Shown here one piece after another: positions 35,586 through 49,069 of a DNA stretch of 64,000 nucleotides. Numbering within the stretch: position 1 is the first letter of the stretch; the number at the start of each line of letters is the position of its first letter. Position numbers and translations under genes: made by a program. The DNA comes from Malacoraja senta (Eukaryota), in NCBI GenBank assembly GCA_038087875.1, contig CM075988.1:25856001-25920000 (forward strand). Direction: 5' to 3'. The notes under the pieces are model-generated. The model ran no database searches and was not told the DNA's origin. It saw nothing but the letters and a program-made list of their open reading frames with translations.

Positions 35586-37379
35586 AATCAGCTATCTTTG
35601 ATCTAGCTTAGTTCATTTGTTCCTGAAACTGTCTTCCATGGATGTTCTTTTATTTCTAGCCACAATGATCTCCAATCTGCCACCTTCCATAAATAAGCAC
35701 TTTAACAGTTGTGCTGCCAATGTGCTGCCTCACTAATTATCCATCATCCCTACAATCATTGATTGACCTTAGCTCCCAGTCCAGTAAAATCCGAGTCTTT
35801 GTTTTCTAATTCCATCGTGTCTTCATTTCTCCCAGGTTTTGCAATCTACATTCTTGCAACTGTCAATGACATCTGCAGTCCTGATTGTTATCTCCCCACC
35901 ATTGGCAGTTGTCACATCAAGTCTATCTTAACACTTATCCCTCCTCCTTGAAGCTGATACTCTATCTGAAGAAAGGTCCCAACCTGAAAGGTCATCTGTC
36001 TAATTTCTTCCATAGATGCATGTCTGACCCACTGAGTTCCTCCAGTGGTTTGTTTTTTCTCTATCTTTAAGCTTCTGGCCATTTGTCCGATTATCTCCTT
36101 CAGTTGCCTCACGCAGTTTTTTTAAATAAGGCTGCACCACAGTGCTCTGTACCCGATTAAATACTCGTAATATGTTGCCTGCATATTGCAGAGAGACAAT
36201 GTACTCAAAACAAACTCCCACAGACAGCAATGCCATAAAGACTAGGTTTAATGTTGGCCATGACTGAAGAACTGGAAGAACTGCCCTGTCCCTCCGAGAG
36301 AAAAAAAAGCCAATCTCTCAGTTTAGCACTTCACCTGAGAAGAACAGCCCCTTTCCTCGTGCATTGCTCCCATAGTACTGCAGTTAAATATCAGCCGAAA
36401 TTGCTGAGTCTCTCCAATGGAGATAAACACACAATGTTCTGCCGTTTTAATATGTTGCTCTTTTACTCATTGCATCTGTGGTTAATTATGCAGATTGCCT
36501 GCTGAGTACAATGTCACACGCAAGGACTTGCATGCTCAAAATGACATATAATCGAAAGAAGAAATACTGTATTCTTTAAAATGAAGTAAACTAATATAGT
36601 ACAGCAATAACCTGGCTTCATAGCACTGCACTCTTAATGGAGACATTCATCTTTGGTTGTTAGTGTTAAACCAGTGAAGAACGTTGCCATGATTTTTCCT
36701 GCCTCTCGCATATGTTGTTCACTTGAATTAACGACAGCCAAATGTGCTGAAGTGAGTACAACTGGCAGCCAATATATTTGCATATCCTGAGACCCAGTTT
36801 GATTTCTCCTCTCTTTTGTTAAATTAAATGCATTGGAAATGAACTATCGCAATGTTTAAGAAACATTTAGACGGGTGCATGCATAGGATAGGTGTAGAGG
36901 GATCTGGGCCAAACGTAGGCAGGTGGGACTAGTGTTAATGGGGCTTGTTGGTCGACATAGGCAAGTTGGGTTGAAGAGCTTGTTTCCAAATTGTACGACT
37001 CTGTGACTCTATAATCTTGTGCATAAAAAGTACCGTGCAAGCACATATTGTTGTGTTGGATGTCCCTACCACCCCCAGGTGCTGAAGTTCGCTGGCAGCA
37101 GGTGCTAATGGGCCCCCTATGCCTCATCTGACGATCTGTTTGAGTTAATTCAATACCTCTCGTTTGATCAAGGGCATTAATTACGGTTGCTAAGCCTCCG
37201 CCAAGGACAGTCCAGAGTTCACACGCATGCAATTTTATGAGGGTTCTACCCAAATGGATTTACTGTCTACGGCACTCTTCCCTTTTATATCTGTGTAGTA
37301 TATGAAATGGTCATTGCAGTTAATGATAGTGAATCTACTTCATGTCATGTAACTATTGAAATTGTTCCTTACACCAAGT

Positions 37380-37560
37380 CAATTAACCTATAACCCATAT
37401 TAACCTATGGGAGGAAACTGAATATCTCGGAGAAAACCCACGCAGGTCACGGGGAGAACGTACAAACTCCGTACAGACAGCACCCATAGTTTGGATCGAA
37501 CCCGGGTCTCTGGCGCTGTAAGTGCTGAAAGGCAGCAGCTCTACCGCTGTGCCACCGTGA
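37380..37560 (-). mobile_element. HE1/V-SINE-like SINE fragment
   Basis: Reverse complement of the SINE head and central domain. Confidence 0.75.
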
Positions 37561-37766
37561 TAACATTATCTTAAAGATATATTCTGTGTTCCTATCTATT
37601 TAAAAATGGCATGAAAGGTCTGTTTGTAAAAACTACCCATTATCCTCAAAGAAAGACATTAAATGTAGGTCCCCGCTGAGTTACTCCAGCATTTTGTATC
37701 TATCTTCAGTGTAAACCAGCATCTGCAGTTCCTACCCACACATGTATCCTTGTTGTATGAATTCAG

Positions 37767-37903
37767 GTGTCAAAGGTCCATTTACGTTGAGCATCCAACA
37801 TGGGGGAGCTGCTGAAAAAGGTGGACTACAGATGGATGACAGGCTCATTGAAGTTAATGGAGTTAATATTGAGGACTGCACACATTTCCAAGTTGCCAAA
37901 AAG
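37767..37903 (+). CDS. PDZD3: PDZD3 exon (PDZ2)
   Basis: gaattcag| VKGPFTLSIQHGGAAEKGGLQMDDRLIEVNGVNIEDCTHFQVAKK |gtaagg. Confidence 0.93.
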
Positions 37904-40640
37904 GTAAGGCGGTATTGGGGTATCCATTCCATTTCACCTGCGCCTTCATTGATGATGTGATTAACTGTACCCACCCACTGTGAAAGGTGGAGAACGAACC
38001 ACTATCATATAAAATCAGCATTCTTCTAAATCAACTCTAGCTTTGGCTTTGTGGGTATTACGCTAATTTTTGACTCTGACTTGATAAAGATAGAATGAGG
38101 AAAACCATGAGGTTATCCAATGGTAGATAAAAAACACAGAAATGCTGAGTATTGTTTAAATGGTGAGAGACCCAGAAATATTGATGTTCAACAGGACTTG
38201 GATTTCCTTGTACACAAGTCAGTAACTACCAACGTACAGGCAATTAGGGTGGGAAAGAGTATGCTGGCCTATATTGCAAGAGGATTTGAGTGAAAGAATA
38301 AAGATGTCGTACTGACATTATTTCTTGCCCAGGTGGCAGTATTGTGTACAAACTGGTCTTCATATCCATAAAAGGATATACTCGCTTTAGAGAAGATCGA
38401 CTTTCATTTTAAGTCACCGACTTTCGAAAGCTAAGCTTGTGATTCTGGCCAACAACAGATACAAGCTTCATAGTTTTCATATGGCACCACATTGAGAGGC
38501 AGTGTTAATAATAGGACAAGTTTCAAAACCGGTTAGTATAAATGCTCAAATAACAATTTATCAGAGTATGGCTCCTTCCAATTACTGTCTCATTCTGGTG
38601 GCAGGTGGTGCTTATTATGTGTAAACACAATTACTGTGAGTCCTACTATTTTATCAGTTCGATTCTCAACTGTAATAAAATGGCAAATAAAGAAATTGTG
38701 CTGCATTAGCAGGTAGACAATGCATAGTAAATTGGTATGATTACAAAATGGAATAGTAAACCAGGCTTTCATTATCTCTAAGCTTCACTATTTCAACAAG
38801 CTCTTGGTCAGCATCCCTTGTTCCACTTTCCATAAAAATTGAGAACATTCAAAATTATTGTGTACATCCTAACTTGGACTGTTACACACTAGCCTTTGCT
38901 TTCCGACCTACATTAGCTCACAATTAGGCAACACCTTGATTTCAACATTTATATCCTTGTTTTGAAATCTCTCCATTACTTCAATCTGCCCTATCTTGTA
39001 AATTGGATGCCAACATCTCCTCATCAGATGTGTTTGATAACACATCTATGAAAAAGTCTGAGCTTCTCTCATGTCAGTGCACGAATCAAGAAATTGTATA
39101 ACCTTCCCCTCAAGATCCATAACTCCTTGACAGTCAAAACTTGTCAGGCAGTTTGAAGCTGGGTGTGGAAAGTGTCCTGGAGAAACTTTCCCTTGAATGG
39201 AATAGTGTTGATTCCAGATATCATGGGTCTTGGTTAAGGAAAAGGTTATAGGAAGTTAATCTTCCAAAGCTTGTTGGCTTGGGAGTTTCTGGGAAAATGA
39301 AGCAACCTTGCTTATCATTGATTATATCGGTACGAATGGAAGTTACACCTGGCAAGGTAAGGCGGATACTAATTGTGCCTTAACCTCTGAATGTTTTTTG
39401 TTACGTCAGCAAGAAAGATACTGAAAATATAATATAAGCAGAATTTAAACAAGTCTGAAAAAAGGTATTGAAGATAAAGTCAGAGAGTAAATAAATGGAG
39501 TGGGTACATTCCATGGAAGCAGTGTGTTTCTTGAGTTTAGGACACTGCCAAAGATTTACAATAATTGAGTTTTGAGAGATCTGTGTAACTAAATTAAGCC
39601 CTGCATCCAAACTGACTGGATCTCAAACACACGTTTTTTACACCTGCAAGTGATAATTGGAAAATTATTTGTTTCTAATTATCACTTGCAAACAGATTTC
39701 AGTAGCTAATATCAAGTACAGAATTAAACCTATGTGTAATGACCAATGTCTCACAGTGATGTTACGCCATCCAGAGCTTTTAGAAATACTGTAAGTGCCT
39801 TTTTGAAACCAGACAAGTGTCAGATTGTTTAATTGGGTATTGTCGTCTTGTCCCACTTGCAGTAGCTTGGTTTCAATCATGTTATGCAAAATTATGGCAA
39901 AAATTACAAACTCTGTGGCTTCTGATCTGATCCTTTCAAATGACCAGAGCATTTAATTAAGTGCATATTACATTTACACAAGGGGCTGGCTAAAATATTT
40001 ATTTTATTTGATGTTACATATTTCTCAGTCCATTCAGCTTGATCCATATTTTTTCAGTAACATCTAAATCTAGGTCGGGTTTCAATTGATGTTGATGCAG
40101 AAACTGCTCTATTTTAATTTGGTAATCATTCCATTTAGTTGGTGCCACAAGTTTGATTCAGCATCCCCAATGTCTTCAAGGAATGCAAGTCAATGTCAAA
40201 AGAGTTTGTGATGTTTGTCTTTGAAGCCTTCTCCTGCTCTGGTCTTCAGTTGTAAATTAATGGGGAAAGTGACTTTCACAATCTCTTTCTTCATTGCCTG
40301 GGGCAGCATTAGTTGGGCCATCTTATGTTGCTCACCATAATGCCCAAGAGCACAGCTGTATGCCGTGAGCTGTGCAATAATGCTTAATGTTCTTCACTAT
40401 AAATAAATGTAGACAAGATATGTTTTGACTTAACTTCACCAAATACCATGTTTCTGAACAAATCTTAACAAAGTCTGCTCCTTTCCCATCCCATCTATTC
40501 ATAAAATGTGAACTTGGAGCTGGCTATGGAGGCAGGCAGCAGATTGGGTTATAACTACCCCCGGTTGACTCACAATATGAAACCTGTAAAAATGTAGTAA
40601 GTTGTCCTACCAGATAATCAATGTGTGTGTTTGTTAATAG

Positions 40641-40845
40641 ATTAAAGAGAGTGGAGATTCAGTAACGTTCCTCGTGGCTGATCAGAAGACAGAAGCTTAC
40701 TATAGGGAGAAAGGCATCAAGATCATTCCAGCCATGGCCTGCTTCAAGCACTTGCCATTCAAGACAAGGAAACTGTACTTGGTGAAAGGGAGTTGTGGCT
40801 ATGGATTCCTGCTGAAAACTGAGAAAACAGTTTCTGGGGCACTTG
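40641..40845 (+). CDS. PDZD3: PDZD3 exon (end of PDZ2, start of PDZ3)
   Basis: ttgttaatag| IKESGDSVTFLVADQKTEAYYREKG...LPFKTRKLYLVKGSCGYGFLLKTEKTVSGAL g|gtaagt; 205 nt, phase consistent; absent from the ORF track. Confidence 0.92.
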
Positions 40846-41229
40846 GTAAGTGACTGACTGTTGGGTAAGCAGGGAGAAGGCATGGCCACTCAAGACCTGA
40901 TGGGATCATGCCAGGATATTGAGATAAACAGGACAGGAGATTGCAGATGCCTTGACGAAGATCTTTGCATCTTCTCTATCAACATGCAAGATATGTTGTA
41001 CCTTTATTTAAGAAGGAAAGTAGAGAGAATCCAGGGAATTTTAGGCGGCGAGCCTCATGTCAATGGTAGGGAAGATATTCCAGATTCTTCCGGATTGGAT
41101 GTACTCCCATTTGGAAGAGAATGGGTTAATTAGGGAATCGGCAAGGTACACAGCTGGTTGTGTCTTACTAACTTAATTGAGTTTTTTGAGGAGGTGACGA
41201 AGGTGATTGATAAGGTTAGGGCAGTGGAT

Positions 41230-41283
41230 TGGGTGGGAGATTGCAACCTTCACGTGGTCCGCCCTGTTTCGACGAAAGCAATC
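41230..41283 (+). ncRNA. HDV/CPEB3-like ribozyme fold (catalytic C intact)
   Basis: (T)GGGTGG GA GATTGCA ACC TTCACGT GGT CCGCCCT GTTTCGA C GAA AGCAATC; catalytic C at 41273. Confidence 0.8.
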
Positions 41284-41367
41284 AAACTGGCGTGCTCAAT
41301 CAAATAAGATCCAATAGAACAAGTGGTCCTACAACTTTAGGCTGTGCACGCCACACGCAAGAAGAAG
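41230..41367 (+). mobile_element. Short retroelement with 5' HDV-like ribozyme and (AAG)n tail, copy 2
   Basis: Colinear with copy 1; TSD ggcagtggat (41220-41229) / ggctgtggat (41367-41376); interrupts the CR1 RT coding sequence. Confidence 0.88.
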
Positions 41368-42360
41368 GCTGTGGATGTTTTCTGCATGGATTTTAGTAAT
41401 GCATTTGATAAAATGCCCCATGGTAGGCTGAACCAGAAGATTAAGATGCATAGGATTGATAGTGACTTGGACGTATGGCTTCATGATAGAATTAGGATTG
41501 TGGCGTAAAGACAATATTCAGGCCGGTGGTCTGGGACTGATGGAGTTCCACAGGGATCTGTGCTGGAACCTCTGTTTGTAATTAAATATAAATAACTTGG
41601 ATGTAAACATAGACAGGTTGGTTAGTAAGTTTGCAGATGTCAGCAAGATTGCTGGGGTTGCGAATTGTGAGGAGGTCCGTCAAGTTAATAGCGGGATATA
41701 GATCAGCTACAGAAAGGGGCGGGGAAATGACAGATGGAGTTAAATCCAAGTAAGTGGGAGGTATTGCACTTGGGGAGGTCAAATGTAAGCAACAAATGTA
41801 CATTTAATGGCATGACCCTTATAACAGCATTGATGTACAGAGGGATCTTGAGATCCAAATCCATAACTCCCTGAAAGTGGCAACACAAGTGGATAGAGTG
41901 GTAAATAGGGCATAGATTATGTTTGCTTTCATAGGTCGGGGCAACGAGGAAGTAATGATGCAGCTCCATAGGACTTTGGATAGGCCGCTTTAGAAGTATT
42001 GCATGCAGTTCTGGTCACCCCACTACTGGAAGGATGTGGAGGCTTTGGAAAGGATATAGATGTTTACCAGAATGTTAAGCCTGGATAAGGGGGTATTAGA
42101 GGTTGGACACTTGTATTGTTTTCTCTGGAACCCCAGAGGTTGCAGGGAGACCCTACAGGGAGAAGTAAATACAATTATCAGAGGAATAGATAGGGTAGAC
42201 AGTCAGAACCTTATCTCGCAGGATGGCAAAATCAAATATTAAGGGGCATAGCTTTGAGGTGAGAGTGGTAACGTCTAAAGATGATGTGCAGGGCAAGTTA
42301 TTTACAGAGTAAGTGCCTGGAACACGCTGCCGGGGATGGTGGTGGAGGCAGATACGACTG

Positions 42361-42612
42361 TGTGGCACCACCCAGTGGTTAGGCCACCTGTATTCGAACC
42401 CTTGGCAGTCGGGGGTAGGGTCATGTGACTGGGTAATGGCGGGAAACGGTTGTCACGAGGTTTAGGGGTGTGCCCTAGTGTAAGTATGGAGACCTGGGTC
42501 AGCCCCACCCCCCCCCCTCCCCTCCCCTCATTCGCGTGTATTGATCTTTTTATCTGAGCAATAAAGTTCTCTTTGTTTTCACCACGCGTGGCTCGTTTAT
42601 TCGCCTGCCATA
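42361..42612 (+). mobile_element. Probable solo LTR inserted in CR1
   Basis: Ends TGTGGCA...TGCCATA; AATAAA at 42560-42565; short (a)ctg duplication; splits CR1 sequence gatacg|gtggcattt. Confidence 0.6.
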
Positions 42613-43038
42613 CTGTGGCATTTAGGAGACTTTTGGATAGGCACATGGGTATGCAGGGAATGGAGGGATATTAGTTAGGTGTGGGTAGATAAGAGTTGTT
42701 TTGGCATCATGTTTGGCACATACATTGTGGGCGAAAGGCCCTGTAATTTAGCTGTACTGATCTATGGTCTATGACTAACTAAGAAGAAGGCATCATTGCA
42801 TGAAATGTACTCGGAGGTATAACAACACCCCTCAGAATGCTTGAAGTTTAAAAAAAGAGTTGAACTGGTTTTATTTTGTAATCACAATCATGATTTTAGC
42901 TAGTACAGCAACTATATTGTGGGTTTTAATAATGAACCCAGTGAGATTGACTATAATCACAGGTTCCAAAAGAACTTCCCTGCAACTTCATTTTTCAATG
43001 GCCATTTTGTTTGGTGACCATGATTAAACATGATTAGT

Positions 43039-43166
43039 CTGAAGAAGGGTTTCGGCCCAAAACGTTGCCTATTTCCTTCGCTCCATAGATGCTGCCTCAC
43101 CCGCTGAGTTTCTCCAGCACTTTTGTCTACCTTCGATTTTCCAGCATCTGCAGTTCCTTCTTAAAC
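43039..43166 (+). mobile_element. Penelope-derived terminal repeat with hammerhead-like core
   Basis: CTGAAGA-A-GGGT-TTCG-GCCC-aAAACGTT; flanked by attaaac(a/t)tgattagt at 43023-43038 and 43167-43182. Confidence 0.7.
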
Positions 43167-43719
43167 ATTAAACTTGATTAGTTTTGTTTATTGTCACATG
43201 TACTGAGGTACAGTAAAAAGCTTTTTTGATGCATGCTATCCAGTCAGCGAAAAGACTGTACAGATACAGGATAAAGGGAATAATGTTTCGTGCAAGGTAA
43301 AATCCCCATTGAAGATACTCCGAGGGTCTCTAATGGGGTAGATGATAGGTCACGACCGCTCTCTTGTTGGTGAATAGGATGGTTCCGTTGCCTGATAACC
43401 GTTCCTAGCTAAATGTTAGCCATCTAATATTGAAGTAAATCCCTGCCCAATGATTCTTAAAGCTCTCCACCTTGTGTCAAATCTATATCTATTGTAGTTA
43501 ACAGAGGCGACTGATTGCAACAATCCTAATACTGCTCTATCAACCAGGGGCGAAAGATGATGAATTTTGGGCACTTTCTTATCTACTGATTCTTGTATGT
43601 CTAAACCATAGGTAATTTTTGTGTGTTGGTTGATATATTATTTGAAAAGACAATATAGGCAAGGCTTCTGACAGCCATTGTATTGCAGTAACCATGTGCA
43701 ATTGGCATTTTTTTTTCAG

Positions 43720-43916
43720 GTCAGTATTTGTCAGAAGTGGATGTGGGAAGCTCAGCGGAGAAATGTGGGATGCAGGAAGGGGACCGCTTGCTAAGTGTAA
43801 ATGGAGAGAATATTGAAGGGCTGGAGCATGATATTGTAGTGAAGAAAGTCAGACAGAATGGAAATCAGGCTACCCTTGTTGTCATCAGCTCTGAAGGAGA
43901 CAACTATTTTACGTCT
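43720..43916 (+). CDS. PDZD3: PDZD3 exon (PDZ3)
   Basis: tttttttcag| GQYLSEVDVGSSAEKCGMQEGDRLLSVNGENIEGLEH...YFTS |gtgagt. Confidence 0.93.
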
Positions 43917-45310
43917 GTGAGTCTTTCCCGTTTTGTTATATCAACTTTTTCATCCACAAAGGACAGAGCGATAATTAGTTTTATCCGGTGTTGAAAAAGA
44001 ATGCACTGAAACGTGACAAGAGAATTATATCTTCACTTAAAAACAGGCACAAAGTGCTGGAGAACTCAGCTGGTCAGGCAGCATCTCTGGAGAACATGGA
44101 TAGGAGAAGTTTCAAATCGGGACTCTTCCTCAGTCTCTTGTATCTTCTTATTGTCACTTCTGATATCTTCACTTGGCAGACAGTAAAGACCAATCATGCT
44201 ATTTTGTCATACAATTTTCAACCCAGCCACTGATGCAATACTGAGTTAGCACAGCCAATACTTAGTAAAATATTTCCCTTTAGAATATCACCACTTCAGA
44301 AAAAGATAGGGCAATAACTTTATCCAGAGATCTGTTAGAATACACAACTAATTTCCAGGAGCTGCATATGAGGCAGGTTGCATAAACAAATTCAAGGGGA
44401 ATCTACTGTAAATAAGCATAAGGAGAAAGGTTGCATGAATTACAAATCCAAGGATTGATAAGAAATTCAAATTCTTGAATGACAGAATTTGCTTTTATTG
44501 AACTTCAGTGTTGTCAAATATTCTGCTCTCCACATCATTAAAGTGAAAGAGTGTACAAATTTCCACTGCGCCTACATCTGCCAGCATCTTCTCTTCCCTG
44601 TATGACTCCCTCTCTTCCACACATCCGATCTTATTCTCATCCTGCCCCACTCTTTCCAATTCCCAGTTCCTCAGCCCCCATTCCTCCTCTCCCTGCAACA
44701 TCCCTTGCCAATCTCAGTCAGGTTGGACCCAGTTCCAGAAGTAGACATTTATCTGCTTTTTCGTATTCATCTTCACCTTGAATATATTCAACATCCAAGT
44801 CCCCACAGCCGTTTGAAGAAAATTTCAAGTTCTTTGAAGCAGCAATGGCTTCCTTCTGGATCCTTTCATTTACCCCCAGATTACCTGAACGTTCTTTACA
44901 ACCTTTGACATGTTGTCACTTGTTCTGTAGGTAATGTGGCAATAAAAATACAAAACATGGTGTTATGAATAGCAACACAAATGTGACAGTAGGTGATGGC
45001 GGTCGAAGGAATTGATGGCTTACGAAATCCAAATCATTTAATAAAAATAGTACCAGGGTATCTTTTACATCCGCCTGTGAGGGCTGGTAAGCCTTTGCAT
45101 GTCTCATTTGAAAGCTGATGCCTTTGACACTGCAGACACAGTACTCCAATGAGAATGTAAAACTAGACAATATGCTTAAGCACCTTCTGACTCGGATGTG
45201 AGAGTGTTATCTACTGAGCCATAGCAGAACCTTAAATAAAATCTATCATGTATTTAGTTACATTGTGAGTATTATGGCAATTTGAGAAACAATCATTTCC
45301 TGCCTCTTTC

Positions 45311-45914
45311 AATAGACAATAGACAATAGGTGCAGGAGTAGGCCATTTGGCCCTTCGAGCCAGCACCGCCATTCAATTTGATCGTGGCTGATCATCCCCA
45401 ATCAGTACCCCGTTCCTGTCTTCTCCCCATATCCCCTGACTCCGCTATTTTTAAGAGCCCTATCTAGCTCTCTCTTGAAAGCATCCAGAGAACCTGCCTC
45501 CACCACCCTTTGAGGCAGATAATTCCACAGACTCACCACTCTCTGTGAGAAAAAGTGTTTCCTCGTCTCCGTTCTAAATGGCTTACTCCTTATTCTTAAA
45601 CTGTGGCCCCTGGTTCTGGACTCCCCCAACATCGGGAATCCTGCCTCTAGCGTATCCAAGCCCTTAACAATCTTATATGTTTCAATGAGATTCCCTCTCA
45701 TCCTTCTAAACTCCAGAGTGTACAAGCCCAGCTGCTCCATTCTCTCAGCATATGACAGTCCCGCCATCCCGGGAATTAACCTTGTAAACCTACGCTGCAC
45801 TCCCTCAATAGCAAGAATGTCCTTCCTCAAATTAGGGGACCAAAACTGCACACAATACTCCAGGTGTCGTCTCTCTAGGGCTCTGTACAACTGCAGAAGG
45901 ACCTCTTTGCTCCT
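45311..45914 (-). mobile_element. CR1 LINE 3' fragment
   Basis: ORF 45402-45890 encodes a CR1 ORF2 C-terminus; (aatagac)n tail. Confidence 0.9.
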
Positions 45915-45974
45915 CTTTGCTTCAAAAAATGTTTGAGATTCAATAGAAAGTATTAATGTACTCTTTCAATTCCC

Positions 45975-46580
45975 CTTCCCACACCAACCCATCTGCCTCA
46001 GCCGTCTCCAGTGCCATGAAGAGGCCTGACACAAACTAGAACAATACCACTTATTCCACCCAGGTAGTCTACACCTCAATGGTAGAAACATTTAATTTTC
46101 CATTTCAGATAACGCATGTTTCTTTCCCTCTCCTCTGATCCACTCTGGTTCTCTCACCTCCCCTACCTCCCCCCCCCCCCCCCCAAATTCCAATCCCCTG
46201 TTACAGTTTTGCTCACTCCCCCCATTTGGTCCATCTGCCTTCTGTCCACACACTTAACCTCTTGGGTCTCCTATCCCCTCTCCCAACTGGTTCCATCTGC
46301 CATTATTACCTTTCTTCCTTAGCAGATTCCAGCATCTGCAACCTCCTGTGTGTCCACTTATCACATTCCAACCTCTCTCTACCTCCACCTGGCTCCAAGT
46401 GCCCATCATCTCCTAATCTGGTTCCACCTATCACCTACCATCCCCTCTCACTTCTATATACTATCCTCCCTCTACACTCGATCCTGATGCAGGGGCTCAA
46501 CCCAAAATGTCAACCAATCATCTGCCTCTACAGATGCTGCCTGACCTGCTGAGTTCTTCTTGCAGTCTGATTTTTGCTGA
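45975..46580 (+). mobile_element. Degenerate Penelope-like 3' end
   Basis: Same layout as 31905-32480 (cagtgccatgaagaggcc...aaactagaa...ggtagtcta); degenerate hammerhead at 46484. Confidence 0.6.
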
Positions 46581-46652
46581 GAATTAGATAGGTAGTGAAA
46601 ATAATATGAGGCAAGAGCCTCTTCAATTAAGATACACCTTTGTCTGTCACAG

Positions 46653-46895
46653 CTGGGGTTGCCTCCTTTGATTTGTGAAGATGAAGAAGAAATTAATCCA
46701 AGGCAGACAACAGAAGATCAAACGGAGGAACAAGCACCACTTCAGCGACATAGTCCTTGTCCATTACGGGTGGCAGGAGAAAGAAAAACTGTTCTCACAG
46801 GCACAGCTAGACTTTGCCACTTGGTGAAAGGCTCCAAAGGATATGGCTTCCAACTTTACAGTATCACTGATGAGCCAGGAGCTTACATCCAGCAG
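46653..46895 (+). CDS. PDZD3: PDZD3 exon (linker, start of PDZ4)
   Basis: tgtctgtcacag| LGLPPLIC...ARLCHLVKGSKGYGFQLYSITDEPGAYIQQ |gttggt. Confidence 0.92.
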
Positions 46896-47455
46896 GTTGG
46901 TTCTGTTTTTGAGTACGAGGACTGAAAAGAATAACTTCACTGGTAAAAATCATCCTGGAACGCATGTTAATGAAGGTACAATAGCTAGAATAATTGTTCG
47001 TTCTGAATATTTTGCCTCAAATATAGGCAAGACTTGCATTTGAGAAAAACAAGGTGCTGGAGTAACTCAGTGGGTTAGACAGCATCTGTGGAAGGAATGG
47101 ATAAGCAATGTTTTGGGTCGGGACTGCTTCAGATCCCAGTCCCCTGCTTGCTCCAAGATTTGTATTTGTGGCACTATCCCTGACTTCTCTAAGGAAGTGG
47201 AGATTAGCCTTTACTGGGACAGCTGCAATCTCTGTGGTGAAAGAGCTCACAGCATTGTTCCTTAAAAATTCAAAAAATTTGAGATCGAAATGGAGGAAAT
47301 CATGGTAGAATTTTCAATTGTAATGTATTGTTCTAATTATCACTAAGGGCTATTCATCCACCACCCTGACATTTTCTGCTTTCTCTAGAATTTTCTTCAG
47401 TTTCTCAGTCAAAATCCAGGATGCTCTGTAGAACATACGTCTGACCAAAACATTG

Positions 47456-47760
47456 TTTAGACTTTAGAGAAACAGCACGGAAACAGGCCCTTCGGCCCAC
47501 CGAGTCCGCACTGACCAGCGATCGCCCCGTACATTAATACTATCCTACACATTTGGGACAATTTAATTTTTTTTCTGAAGCCAATTAACCTACGAACATG
47601 TACGTCTTTGGAGTGTGGAAAGAAACCGGAGCACCCGGAGAAATCCCAGGCAGTCACAGGGATAACATGCAAACTCCATACAGACTGCACCCGTAGTCAG
47701 GATCGAACCCGGATCTCTGGCACTGTAAGGCAGCAACTCTACCGTTGCACCACTGTGCGG
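47456..47760 (-). mobile_element. HE1/V-SINE-like SINE (near full length)
   Basis: Reverse complement of the SINE from head to tail. Confidence 0.85.
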
Positions 47761-48292
47761 ATACTATTGGGCTACTTGTCCTAAAATGTCCTTGTGTGGG
47801 ATTATGTTAAAGATTGGTTTAACAGGCATTCCCTCTGTCCCACTCACTGCCCTCTCCACCTCGTCTGCTGTCTAGACTAACATGCTTTATGTCTTCCTCA
47901 GTGCTTCGGCCTGAATCGAACTATATTAAAGGCAAACGAAATGTGTAGGAAGGAATTGCAGATGCTGGTTTACACCGAAGATGGATAAAAACTGCCGGAG
48001 TAACTCATCACCTTCCCCATAGCTAGCAATGTACCATTCTGCATTTACTTGACCATCGTTCCCTTTGATCTGTGTTTTCACAACTTACCCTTCCATATCT
48101 CTATGTCTCTCTCTGCCCTGACTCTCAGTGTAAAGAAGGGTCATGACACAAAATGTCACCCATTCCTTCTGTCCGGTGATGCTGCCTATCCCTCTGAGTT
48201 ACTCCAGCATTTTGTGTCTATCTTCTATATTAAAGACGACTTGTGAGGGCAGATTGCTGCAGTTGATATTTCATTGTATAAAATACTTTTAG

Positions 48293-48613
48293 GTTATACC
48301 TGAAGAAGTCGGATACAAGGCTGGAATCCGGACTGGTGATATGGTGATTGAAGTCAATGGAAAGAATATAGAGAAAGTCGATTATGAGGTCGTTCTTCAG
48401 AGAATAAAAGAAAATGAAAGCAAAGTGACTCTTCTTGTCATGAATAAAAAAAACTATTGGGACTGCAAGGATAACAACATCCCAATTAGCAGAGAGTCGG
48501 GCAGTGAAGACAATGAAATTAAGAAAACCAAGAATCCAGAGAAAGGGAATTTCTCCAGCTTCGACATTAGGAAAACAAGCCTAAAAAAAAGCAGTACTCT
48601 TCCTATTATCAAG
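48293..48613 (+). CDS. PDZD3: PDZD3 exon (PDZ4 and tail; 3' boundary tentative)
   Basis: atacttttag| VIPEEVGYKAGIRTGDMVIEVNGKNIEKVDYEVVLQRIKENESKVTLLV...; best donor aag|gtaact. Confidence 0.85.
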
Positions 48614-49069
48614 GTAACTCTAGCAAGCCCTTTACATCAGATATCTGTTTCAGTGGATAGTTTGATCAGAACACTAGGGTGGAACTGTCCTGCTCGTTCT
48701 CAAATGGGTACCATCATATATTTTATGTGCACAAGGAAACAAGGCAATTAGGTTTAAAGCCCAATAAACCAAGAATGCAGCAACGTTTCATTAGTCAGAA
48801 AGGAAGATTAATCTCAATGCTGGGTGATTAGGCAAGTGCCTAATTGTATTAAGTTAAGGTCAAGACTCAAGTGTGGTGCAGTGCACATTTACCAAAATCA
48901 TCCCGGGGTTTAGAAGGTTAAATAATTAGCAAATTATAAACTTGGCTCATGTCTATGGACAGAGATATTTAGATTGATAAATGAATTCATTAGGGCAGTT
49001 AGAGAGAAATTGCTTCCTCCAATAGAGAAAGAGAATGTAAGTGGAAAGCACTTCCTCGTGTACATGGAA

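Larger units (their letters stand above)
40870..42775 (+). mobile_element. Old, frameshifted CR1 LINE with nested insertions
   Basis: Degenerate RT motifs (ggattttagtaatgcatttgataaa, ggagttccacagggatctgtgctggaacc, gtaagtttgcagatg) and a CR1-type 3' end. Confidence 0.85.

Noticed and set aside
33656..48613. Assignment as PDZK1 (NHERF3)
   Set aside because: The FNPKxGIDNP N-terminus, the GPF..GGAAE PDZ2 sequence and adjacency to NLRX1 favour PDZD3/NHERF4; a phylogeny would confirm.
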